This document shows, piece after piece, positions 52,951 through 64,000 of a DNA stretch of 64,000 nt (its first letter is position 1; each line of letters opens with the position of its first letter). This DNA is from Antedon mediterranea. Lineage: Eukaryota; Animalia; Echinodermata. The stretch spans positions 26,646,795 through 26,710,794 of the forward strand of contig NC_092670.1 of NCBI RefSeq assembly GCF_964355755.1, in the 5' to 3' direction. The notes under the pieces are model-generated. The model ran no database searches, was not told where the DNA came from, and saw only the letters and a list, made by a program, of their open reading frames with translations. The translations under genes were made by a program, and so were the position numbers.

Positions 52951-53344
52951 ACAAATTTTGGCTGTCAAGAGAGCTACAGTAATTCAACGTGTGCTGGTAG
53001 CGGTGAGGTCGACCTCTCGCCCATGGAATGCAAATCAGATGACGTGTACGCAATTCCACCACCCGGCTTACTCAATCCACACAGTAAGAACAGCCAAAAT
53101 ATCAGTAAGAAATACAAAAATTTCAAAACCTTCACATACAACATAATGTATAAATCAAATGACTTTGATGAATCCATGTATTATTCATTTTATGTAAGTA
53201 TTTCGATGTGGAGAGCCTCTCGACGGTTATTTTTATTTATAACTTTTAGGTTATCCGGCCTCATTGACTTACTTTTGTATTGTTTTTTTTTTTGTACTGT
53301 TCTGTATATTGGCGAAATAAATGATATGATATAAATGATATGAT

Positions 53345-53625
53345 ATGCATTAGCTTCCTCTAAAGTTTCTCCGCTTCCATATATGCAAAAATCATCCGCT
53401 ATGACTTTACAACTGTTCAAGCGGCCCTTCGGTTATTCTATGCATACTTTGTTGGTTTACTTCAGGAGCTGATTTAACATGACATGGCACTCAAAGCCAT
53501 TTGTAACGTCCAAATTCTGTTGTCATGGTCGTTAAGTCAGCGCTCTCTTTATCAAGTTTTATCTGCCAAAACGCTTCTTTCGCATCAAGTATGCTGAAAA
53601 CTTTTGCGTTTTCATTAATGCAATT
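53345..53625 (-). mobile_element. Gypsy reverse transcriptase fragment
   Basis: AKVFSILDAKEAFWQIKLD...TEFGRYKW...SAPE...IADDFCIYG. Confidence 0.85.
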
Positions 53626-54411
53626 TCTGGATTTCAAGTTTCCCAAAATGCTAAAGTTTTATGATCTATGGTACAACTACCAAGTACAGGCTGGGTATGA
53701 GGTTTTTAATTGTGTAATGTTGTAAATTTGCCTAATTTTAAATAAAAGTTGCTATTTTGAACCTTATGAATAGTATCACTGAGATTTTCAAGGTAAGGGT
53801 GCAATTTCAACTTAGTCCCATGCCTGGACCTGCCTACGCCCTTGAACAATGCAATTATTAGTGTACAAATCAATAAGGACTGTGTAATAAAATAAGTATG
53901 ATTTGTCATTTTAGTCTAGAGATTTATTTACATTACAATAAAAAGTGGGTAAATTAGAATGTGTAAGATGTTGTGGAGTATAAATACACAGATATTCAAT
54001 CTAAAGAGACGTTAAATTCATAAAGTGATAGTATTGCTTTTTTACACCATTTCACCAAACTTATTGACTGTAGTCTAAACTAGTGATCTACTTATATTAA
54101 TACAGTCTATACAAACATTATGTATATTTACAATGGTTATTGCCCAAACCCTTCTATACATTGATGTGATTTTAAAATAACAAAAACATTACAGGACCTT
54201 GGTTGCAGATTTCACATACAATACACAATTAATAAAATTATGCTTAACTACTTGGAAATTGTCATTAAAATCAACAAAAAGCTACATTAAAAGGTAACTA
54301 TAGTATAAATTTAAAAATGACAATGTCTTTACATTTATTTCATTATAATGGAAACATTCTTTATACATGTCATCAAATATCCCACAATGCATAGTGAAAA
54401 GTCAACTTTAA

Positions 54412-54549
54412 AGCTCTGTCTACACTATCAAACTAGATTGACAAAGAAAGTGTGATGTGCCCAAATATGGTAGTGGTATGAAATCGTATCCATATTTGGG
54501 CACATCACATTTTCTTTGTCACATAAAGTTTGATAGTGTAGACAGAGCT
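54412..54549. mobile_element. Palindromic Harbinger/Tourist-like MITE (degenerate copy at about 47350-47478)
   Basis: agctctgtctacactatcaaact / agtttgatagtgtagacagagct flanked by taa/tta. Confidence 0.8.
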
Positions 54550-54762
54550 TTACACTGAACAGAATGAGGGTACATGGATTGTCAAACAGGAAAATATATC
54601 CAAGGTATCATTACAATACAATCAATTTAATTATCAACTACTATATATGAATGCATATATAGGAGGAGGTACCATATCATGTTTCAAAAACAAATAAAGG
54701 TAACCTTTTATTCACCAATCTATACTTGTTAAATGACAAACTATTATATAATTATAAAGAAT

Positions 54763-54942
54763 TCAGCCTGATTCATCCCTTGAATGACTGGAATTCACAT
54801 GAACTGTAGAACTGCCTCGCTTGATAAATGTATTAATGAACGATACAATGCCATCTAGACATTCATTGCTAAGAAACTGTACATACTCATTCCGAGTATT
54901 ACCCTTAATCTGGATAGGATGGAAATCTTCTATTGCCTGAGT
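54763..54942 (-). CDS. CENPI: CENP-I terminal coding exon
   Basis: minus cag|ACT; TQAIEDFHPIQIKGNTRNEYVQFLSNECLDGIVSFINTFIKR...* resembles CENP-I SIRG...YLDYL..QGLQGLKLFI. Confidence 0.85.
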   Translation of the reverse strand, partial: TQAIEDFHPIQIKGNTRNEYVQFLSNECLDGIVSFINTFIKRGSSTVHVNSSHSRDESG

Positions 54943-55187
54943 CTGAAAACAATCAGATAAATTAATACAGAGTTTACGTCTATATTTTGCTGTTTTATTT
55001 GGTAGGCTAGCTAGTGTAGGTTTCATCCGGCATGTTTTGTTGAACTCCAGTAGTTAACACACGGAATACATCGGTACTTACCTTTGAATGCCGAGATCGA
55101 TTTTGAGAGGGATGAGCTTTAATTCTACAACTTACTATCCAATACAAAACTATTTTTACTAACAATATAATATATAATAAGTCCTAC

Positions 55188-55406
55188 CTCCTTTAAAAAC
55201 TTGTATGAGAACCCAGATAGAGCCACATGCTGCTGGATAGAGAAGATAATATTGGTGGATGTTACATTAGACTTCTGAAGAAGATTCATGGGTATGTCAA
55301 ACACAAGAGTTTTTGATTTACCCACAAATACCATGTTTCTCCAAAGTGCATTGGAGAAATCAATTATGTACTGATTCAGAGTCTTTATACCTTCTTTGAG
55401 CTTAGC
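55188..55406 (-). CDS. CENPI: CENP-I coding exon
   Basis: minus cag|GCT...GAG|gtagg; AKLKEGIKTLNQYIIDFSNALWRNMVF...FSIQQHVALSGFSYKFLKE resembles CENP-I FNHYL...CLW...HPSFLSYAVSFL. Confidence 0.85.
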
Positions 55407-56624
55407 CTGAAACGATAAACATATTTAATTGGTCAGATCCCTGATTGACAAAACATTTATTTCAGACACATAATTATAACACAAAATGATATAAAGGAAA
55501 AAAAGTACATTGCAGATGCAGGGATCTAGTCTAGAAGTGCACAAACACACACAATATGATCCTTCCAAAAAAAATAAGGTGATATACATGATATACAGGT
55601 ATGAAGTAAGTAAACAGAATTTAAGGTTTAAGAAGGAAATGAAGACAATCACACTGGCTTAAAGTTTTTGCGGAAAACAGGAAGAGATATACTATTTTTT
55701 AAATAAATAATATTGTTTTACAAAAGGAATGTAGAGTAATGGAGGAATATCTATGTAGGTTATAATTATTGGTGTGATTTTAAAAAGACTGGACACACAA
55801 TTTAAAATAAAGGAAGAGCTATTTTCCCATGGGGTCTTTTGGGGACCATTTTGGTGGCCATCTTGGATTTATCAAAATCCTAAATATTGACGGTACTTGA
55901 AAAAGAGTGATCATAGGTCTGATTTTAATCTTGAATTGTTCATTCAGAATATGCAAATTTCTATGTACTATAATGACAAGTTTTGACGGTCATATCTCAG
56001 TAACATAAAGAATTTATTTTTGTCTTAAATTGTTCAAAACATACATATTTCTTTCCACTCTAATGAATATTTATTTCACAAAATGGTCATAAATGTTACT
56101 AATTGTCACATTTAATCCTGGACCTCAATTTTCACAAAATTCTCATAATAACAGTAGTAATTTTCAAAGTAAAAATTAAATTAAAAAGATGTACATAAAA
56201 TAACAGCATGCTGAAAAAGGGAAAATTACAGACTTTATTAAATCCCAAATTCTTTTAAATATACGTGTTGCTATCCACTCATAGTAACAATTTTTCTTTT
56301 TTCAAAATAAAACTATGTATATGAAGGTGTACATAAATTACTCATTTAAAACCCATTTATTAAGTTACTACAACAATAGTTGTTCAGTCATCGTCCAGCT
56401 CAAATTCAATTTCTTGTTCATCATCTTCATACTCTTCCAATTCCATGGTCGTTATTTTCTCAACTAGATCAAGAAGGAAGATTGAAGAATAAGACCGCAT
56501 GACCACACTGTCCTGTCACCATGCCCATGTAGTTCATACCAGTGTAAAACAGACCTGGGGTGACCACATGCTTCTTGTAAACATCAGGAAATTTCCAAAT
56601 AAGAGGAAGTGCCTTCAAATAAAC

Positions 56625-57145
56625 TCAAATGTTATGGAGTCAGTAATAATGAACTAGATTGGTTTATATCATATTAAAGAAACAGATCACAAGTTGTAAA
56701 TATTAACACTTCTCAATCAGATTTTATGAATATAAATATTGGTATACCACAGGGCTCAATTTTAGGTCCTCTTTTGTTTATTATTCATGTTAACTCCCAA
56801 CCAGATATTATGCCATGCAAATGTGTTATGTATGCAGATGACACCACTATACTTTGTAATTCTTCTGCCCCAGTCACTCTTCAATACGAGCTAAATGCCT
56901 ATTTAAATACAATTGCTAATTGGTTTAAAACTAATAAACTAACATTGAACATCAAAAAGACAAAACTTATGATTTTTGGGACAAACCACATTCTTCCTAA
57001 ATTTAAAGATATTTCAATATCTTATAATGGAGATATTATTGAACGAGTTGACTCTTTTAAATATCTTGGGGTCACATTTGATCCGCAATTAAATTGGAAT
57101 GATCACATAAGCAAGGTATCCTCAAATGTTTCAAAACGTATTCCT
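56625..57145 (+). mobile_element. CR1/L2-group RT fragment
   Basis: GIPQGSILGPLLFII, MYADDT, NKLTLNIKKT, FKYLGV. Confidence 0.9.
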
Positions 57146-57250
57146 GCCAAATTTCAAAAATATGTTTCATTAAAGCTTATATAAATATGGATATTCTGCA
57201 CAATTTATGACAAAAATAAAATCTTTATGACCAGGGGTTACCGAGATGAC

Positions 57251-57367
57251 CCTCACGGCCATACTGCGTTGAAACACCGATTCTCGTCAGATCACCGAAG
57301 TTAAGCAATGTTGGGCCCGGTTGCGTTCTGGATGGGAGACCGTCTAGAAATTGCGGGGGGTGCTGTA
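57251..57367 (+). pseudogene. 5S rRNA-derived sequence (pseudogene or SINE3 head)
   Basis: acggccatac..gttgaaacaccg.ttctcgtc.gatcaccgaagttaagcaa...ggatgggagaccg...ggtgctgta; diverged, with no T-run terminator. Confidence 0.8.
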
Positions 57368-58502
57368 TATACTGGATGGGGGTGCAAGGTAATTCCTTCT
57401 TCCTACCCTACTTATAGTCACTCAACTAAGAAAAATTATAACTGGAGATTGCAATTGTTAGTTGGGGAGCCAGAAAGGGGTTACCTGCACCCTAAAAAAA
57501 AAATTGGGATGCTTGGTCAGTAAAGGGCCCAAAAGGTCAATATGGTCAAAGTTAAGAATTTGCGTAACTTGGTAACTATTGGGTGTATTGGAATATTTTT
57601 TTTGTGCCAAACTACTTAGAAGACCAATATTTCTATTCACTCTAATGGGAAACTTTTGCCAAAAGTGGACAGAATTAACCCCTTTTCTGACCACTGGTTA
57701 ATAAATTGGCCATATAAATATCATCACTTGTCATCTGAACATCTGAACAACTGGTGATTCGGCTCGAAAGAAGACGAATTATTATTTATTCGGCCTACCT
57801 GATAATATTATTATTATTAATATAGGCTTATTGATGGAAATTCTTCTGTTATTATTTAAACGACCTAGGCTAGTGAATATTTTATTGTCAAGGAATCATT
57901 AATTAGTAATTATCTGTATATTTTTCTTCGAAAGGTAAGGTGTCTGGGCAGCTTGTTTAAATACAATACAAAAAGGAGGCCTACCTAGCCTAGCTACCCG
58001 ACCCAGCAGATATTCTACTTGTTGTTGGCTATGTAATATAACAGATATCGCCTTTTATATCGGTAAATATATTTGTTATATATTTTAAAAGTCGGGATGT
58101 CTAATCTTATATTTAACCTCTAAGCAGTCAATATCTGTATAATATTGAATCTTTTTAATACAAATAAGCAAAAATATGTAAATTAGTTTCATAGTAATCT
58201 TTATTCACAAACCTATATTTAGGATACTAGTTTTAATTAAAATCACATGCGCACTGATGTAGTATGATGATTGACTATGCAATGTTCATTCATTTTATTT
58301 GCTTTTTAAATTATTAGTAAATCCAACAAAAAGAAGGATGAGTAAATATAATGTACTTTAGAATTATTTTAACATAGTTATATTTCAAACACAAGCAAGA
58401 AAGAAACTGGGTTATAGTTTTAAAGTGAAATATTGCAAGATCATAATGATTTGGGCAGTGTGTGGAGACGGCGTGACTTTCCCTATCCATAAACTAAAAA
58501 TA

Positions 58503-60334
58503 CTAGATGGTACGCTCGCTTACCATCTAGGTCGTGTCCACAGATGGTTCTCGAATACACAGTAAGGGTATGTTCAGACTCACGGAGATCTGGTGGAGTT
58601 ATCTACGCATGGCGTACGGTAATCCGTGGCGTTAAAAGCCAAGGCGTTCAGACACAACGATCAACGTTCCAATGACTTGCGTTTTTAAACACTCTGATCA
58701 GGTCAAAGCAGATAGAACTATATGTATACAATCATGACAATGCATGAAAGTTTACATCGTTTACATTGTTTTTTTTAAATTTTTATTTATATAATGTTTA
58801 CCTTCAAATATACTGATTTATTCTTACTATATGTAGAATTGCATTTTAATTCAAAATAATTTAAAACGGAAAATTATCTGATTAATTGATTTAATTTATG
58901 AATATCATATTACTGACGCCAACTTCACTTTTCTTACACCTGAAAATACATTTGACATAGCTATTTCGCTGTCGTATCATAGGGTACGGGTATGTAGTTG
59001 TTGTCTGCTAATTGTGGTCGTGTATTTTCATTGGTTAAGGTTAAAATCACTGATGCATCACTGGATTAGCGTTATGAAATCTACCCTCTCCCGCTAGAGT
59101 TATTAACGCCACTGGCGCGGAGTAACAGCTTCCTAACGCTAATCCGCGGCATGGTTCAGACACAAAAATATGTACGCCACTTACCGTAACTCCGCGAGTC
59201 TGAACATACCCTAATTTCAGCGTCAAAAATGTACATACCACGGGACTATAGTACATTGTCGTTTACAGAAACGAATAAATAGACACGATGATTTATGTAA
59301 AATTAGCACCCTGGGAATTAGGCAAATTTTTTTATTTGAACTCATTTAAACAAACCCAATTTGTGTTTTGTATATAACATTAGAGTTGAGGGATGGGGAA
59401 GAGGATGGGAAGAACAATTTTTAAATATATTCTCTATCTACTCAGTAACGAAATATTGTTTTAAATGTTTTATAGGCCTATCAATAATATACCACTAAAC
59501 ACAGTAAAACATTTACGATTTATAATACTTTTTTAAAACTGTCCCTGTTATAGTTGATTGAAATAGTAAAGTACATGTAACGAAACGCCACTATGACTTT
59601 TATATTTTTTTTATAATTTGTAATTAATATACGTTGAGAAGCAACTGTAATTTACCCACAGTCACAGTAATAAATGTTCTTTGTATATTTTGTTTATATA
59701 TCTAACAGTAACCACATTCCCAGTAAGACAATTTCGATTCAAATGGCGATCAAAAATGGTTAATACGTACAGCATTTACAATATTGTCAAAGTCTTGCAA
59801 TACTATATATAAGTTTTATTCTCCAATGGCCCATAAATTTACCTACTTGTGTTAAACCAAGGGCTCATAAATTTACCTACAAACTGGGAGTCTGAGAGAT
59901 TGGAATGTTCCATTCATCAGAAATCAATACATTCTTATAAACGTATATTAAATCTATCAAAATAGTATTTTTTTGAAGAAAATCGGCCTTATGATACTAT
60001 ACTCGAGCTGTTCAACCGGTTTTCAGCTATTTAAAACAATTATCGTAGGAGGAGATAGGAAAATGCGAAGTATCCTCGTATTATTGTTTGCAGGTATTTT
60101 TCATGGGGACATCCATTAGACAGTGTATACCACGATCGGAAAACACCCCTATTTAGGGCAAATCGTTTAACCTAAATTCGTTTTAATTGTCAATAACTAA
60201 TTATCTAACTAAATTTAATTAGTAAACAGGGATACATCAGGTGGTTAAAATCAGTACCGAGATTCTAACCAACTTTCTATACCATCGAGTAAACATTTTA
60301 GAAATAACGCGCCTTACGCAAATTTATATATAGA
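58503..60334 (-). mobile_element. Non-autonomous Helitron nested in 57459-61126
   Basis: Minus a|TCTATATATAAATTT...CTAG|t; same family as 30579-32015. Confidence 0.88.
58566..59211. mobile_element. PIF/Harbinger MITE nested in the Helitron
   Basis: taa|gggtatgttcagactc ... gagtctgaacataccc|taa; the empty site agtaatttcagc is seen in the copy at about 1085. Confidence 0.88.
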
Positions 60335-61326
60335 TACAGTACAAACAACATTAGTGTTAAAGAATTGAGAAGTTTATACGATTGTACTAACTAAAAGGTC
60401 CATGTTTCCATTTTCTTACCTCAGCACAAACCATGATCGGACTGAGGTGGTGCAGAGGACCCCTTCACTTAACCGCCCCTACCATTGAATTGTGTTGTAT
60501 ATTTCAGATTCAAATATCTTTATAAGGTTTTATACAATTGACTCCAAGCTGGAACTTTGATATGATATTTAAATAAATTAATTTCTGGTCAACTATAGGT
60601 CCATATTTTCAAAATATCCTTACTAAATCCTAACACAATAAAGGTTGAGGTTGAGAACCAACTATGACCATATCCACCCAACAATTTCTGAGATATGAAA
60701 AGTGTACTCCAAGCTAAAAATATTTGTGCCGGCTATATGTCAAAGGTCAAAATTAGGGGTTTATTGACAGTTTATGATTTTTATTACATTAGAACAAATA
60801 TAAACATATACTTTGCGAGTAATTTGAGACCACAATTATCACTTTCTGACCAGTGGTTGATGAGATATTCATATGGCCAATTTCTTGACCAGTGGTCAGA
60901 AAAGGGGTTCCTGTCCACTTTTGGCAAAAGTTTCCCATTAGAGTGAATAAAAATAGGGGTCTTCTGAGTAGTTTGGCACAAAAATTGGTCCCTGTACTGA
61001 CCAAGCATCCCAATTTTTTTTTGGCCAACAGCACAAAATTGATTTGTATTGATATAAGGAAGAAAAAAACATTGTTAACATAGTTTGCTAGAGGGTGCTG
61101 GTGAACTCTTTCTGGCTCCCCAACTATGTTGTTAAAGGAGGTCGCATATTTCCTCTTCCACCGACAAAGATTAATTCACCATGCTTTTTTTTGTGATGCC
61201 AAAAAATGTTGGCCACATGATTGTGTGATTGTGTCAAGAATTTGAACATTTTCTACAGTAATTTGTGTGCATTCATAGCCAAACTTGTGAATAATAATTA
61301 CTTGTGTAAGGTGGCATACAACAAAC

Positions 61327-61378
61327 CTTTAAAGAACTATCTTCAACTCTCTTCATCTTATTATATTCTTCTTTGTAA
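61327..61378 (-). CDS. CENPI: CENP-I coding exon
   Basis: minus cag|T TAC...AAG|gtttg; (N)YKEEYNKMKRVEDSSLK; phase 2/0 bridges flanking exons. Confidence 0.78.
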
Positions 61379-61636
61379 CTGAAACAAATAGTATTTAATT
61401 ATTTTAAAATGAGTTTGCAAAATGCAGGAATAAACTAGGGACTAACATACATTGTTTTGTATGTGGAAATGAAATACTATACATAGTGTCATAATCAAGT
61501 GTCATAAATAATAATTGTAGAATACTAGTTAATAGTAATAATAGTTTTAATTTAAAATTTAAATGTATTTCATTGAATCTTTTTGCCTGTGTTTATTTTC
61601 ACTGATTAATTATAATCTTAATACAATAACAAATTA

Positions 61637-63388
61637 AACTAGAATTTAATTCGTCACTTAGGTGATCATTTTTATAATTTTAATGAAATAAAATTGTTTT
61701 AAACATGCATGTACGTTAACGTACGACTGTTGAGTTGATGTATGAGGACCCCTTCTGAAACAAACTCTTGAGCTTAAAGGGATATCCTCTGCTATTCCAT
61801 ATATTGTAACTTATTTTTCTTGTATTATTGTTGTACAAATTGTTTGATCTGTCTACTTTTTTATATGGATGGCAATAAATATTACAATTACAATCCTATG
61901 ACATGATGTATATATGCTTATAGTGCTGAGTTGTACCTATTATGCGTCATATATAATAGTACAGTATACCATATAGGTGTAGCATACTGTAGGTGAAATT
62001 ACGGGACCCACATCATGTTCAAATTTGTTGGTATGATGACGTTATCAAAATAAACTTGACGATGACAATTTCGAAAGATAATGAATTGAGCAAAAAAATA
62101 TAAGGTTTGGAAGAAAATTTGGCATGTAGATTCGCAATGCGCGCTGTTTAAAATTGTTATAAATGTGACAAAAGAGATGAAAAAACTACTTTTTAAATTT
62201 AGCTGGCCATATCATAACGTCACAAAATCTGATACTAGGCTTCATTTTTATGTGAATTCATATCTAAACTTCAACAGCTGTCACAATGAATTAATAGTCT
62301 AGACAAAAAATCTGAAAAAAAATGAGTTAGGGGGACTGGAATGTTAGAGGCTGTCAACATTCAGACATGGAATCCACTAGGCCTTGTTGACACTTCAGTT
62401 TTTGTCTAGTATTGAAATGGTGGCCATTTAAAAAAAAATGGATGGAAATGTATTTAAAGCCTGCGTTATTTTAATTTTCCTTTTATTTGTCTCATCATAT
62501 AGACAAGAAAAACTATGCCAGACAGTACCGTGCATGTGTCAACCAGTATTAAGAGCAAATATTGGTTAAATGAGTGGAAGAGTTTGGGTTAAGTAACCAT
62601 ATCTCTATAGTGGTGGGAGGGCGTACAACTCCTCCGGGAGAGAATTTTCAAAAGCCGGCGAGCAGTTTTAAAGTTACAGTAAACTAAAACTGCCTTTTCT
62701 CGAGAACTACTTGTCCAAAAAACTTCATTTTTGTACAAGAGGCAAAAGTTAAAATTTGTGATTTGTAATTTTTCAAAATGGCCACCAATTTTATATAAAA
62801 TGTGCTTAAAATCTAAATATGATAGATTCACTATCTTGGTGTCGAAACACATGTACTCGAGTTAAAAAATTGGGGGTCATCTTGCATTCTGAAGAGTAAT
62901 TTTCATTTTAAAAAAGACCTTTTTTTTCGCCATTTTCAGAACTTTTGTGAAATTAATGTGCGCATTTTGTCATTTTTAACGTGCTCGTATAGCATTATTT
63001 TAAGTCGGAATGGACTCAAAATCAGTTAATGTACTAAGGATTGTGAGTAGAATGTGATTTATACATCAATTTTTATTTTTTACGCTTTCTAAGAATCGCA
63101 TGCGCAAAAGTTTTGGCGCTGTAATTTTGTGAAACACGCAAATAGCCTAATTCATGCTCTAACTTGATCAAAACTTAATTTTGAGCCTTTTAAATTTTCA
63201 TGGATGAGAGTGATCACGCTGAAAAGGATTGAGTTAAAGTATTTGAAAGATATTGTAAAATTTTGGTGTTCATAGACACTTTATTTTTTGAGATATTACA
63301 CAAAATAGTGTACAGAAACAATAAAAACTAAAATGAAGATTTCATCAATAACAACAGGTGATCATTTTATTCTAAATGATCACCTAAA
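61637..63388 (-). mobile_element. HINE filling most of a CENP-I intron
   Basis: 5' palindrome aggtgatcattt-tattct-aaatgatcacct; 3' aactagaatttaattcgtcac..aggtgatcattt; probable further insertion at about 62330-62890. Confidence 0.78.
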
Positions 63389-63397
63389 AAACCTTAC

Positions 63398-63522
63398 TTG
63401 CAAATAATCTTGCATATTCTACACAATATTACTGCATTGTTTGACAACAAGGCTTTGTAGACAATGGCAAACGATGGTACACAAACAAAAGGCATGTAAT
63501 AGTTGCGAAACATCACAGAAAT
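63398..63522 (-). CDS. CENPI: CENP-I coding exon (first in window)
   Basis: minus tag|ATT...AA|gtaag; ISVMFRNYYMPFVCVPSFAIVYKALLSNNAVILCRICKIIC resembles CENP-I NYNLPLVV..FYSALLS..ILNQLCFIM. Confidence 0.85.
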
Positions 63523-64000
63523 CTACAACAAAAATAATAAAAACTGTGACATGAGAAAGTAAATGTCCAATCAATTTACCATTCATAATGTATATACTTT
63601 AAGGTGCAAAGTAACAGTAGAAATTCCAATCAATGGTTCTATTGCATGGCCATCTTTAAATATTAATTATAATTTTGTTAATAATGGTGAATAATGTGTG
63701 TGATCGAAGGTGAACAAAGCGTATGTGTTCATAGAAGCGGAAAATGTTATTCCTTCATTCCTAGCAATCAGCGAACAACCATCCCACTAAGCACTTTTTA
63801 AAATGGAGATGCTCTCAAAAAATTTCATCAAATTTTTGTTTTATTCAGTTCATAATAATTACTTTCATCTAAATTAAGGTATTTTTTTAATTTGTTGAAT
63901 GCTGCATGGTTATTCTGAAAAACATCAAAAAAATGCCATTTGTAGGGATAGTTCAAATTACAAAATTTTTTCCCTATTCATTTGCTTCTAAATTGAAAAA

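Larger units (their letters stand above)
57459..61126. mobile_element. TAG...CTA DNA transposon with 3-bp TSD (Academ-like, non-autonomous) in a CENP-I intron
   Basis: tgt|tagttggggagccagaaag ... ctttctggctccccaacta|tgt; arms about 57459-57720 vs 60870-61126. Confidence 0.8.

Noticed and set aside
55070-55090. U1 snRNA-like 5' end (tacttacct)
   Set aside because: Only a 9-nt match; it is just the reverse complement of a donor-like sequence with no U1 body
57251-57367. Functional 5S rRNA gene
   Set aside because: Single intronic copy with substitutions/indels and no T-run terminator

Overview
AT-rich eukaryotic (invertebrate metazoan, possibly echinoderm-like; taxon not provable from sequence) genomic DNA with two convergent spliced genes. 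On + are the last 14 coding exons of a NEK10 kinase ortholog (4187-44313: kinase domain with HRDLTPNN/GTILY, coiled coil, conserved C-terminal domain). On - are the last 4 coding exons of a CENP-I (Mis6) ortholog (63522-54763). Introns and the intergenic gap are filled with transposons, many nested: Helentron-type HINEs, canonical non-autonomous Helitrons, TAG..CTA foldback elements with 3-bp TSDs (Academ-like), Mutator-like elements and an intron-containing MULE transposase remnant, Kolobok/Harbinger-type elements, a SCAN-bearing Gmr1-like Gypsy remnant, a very young non-coding LTR element, several LINE fragments (one an in-frame endonuclease-to-RT deletion), Penelope fragments with a hammerhead-like motif, tRNA- and 5S-derived SINE-like sequences, and two large minisatellites. 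No CRISPR or prokaryotic features. All family assignments come from motif recognition and hand alignment, not database searches. I found no clearly new biological system; the best leads are unusual transposon architectures.
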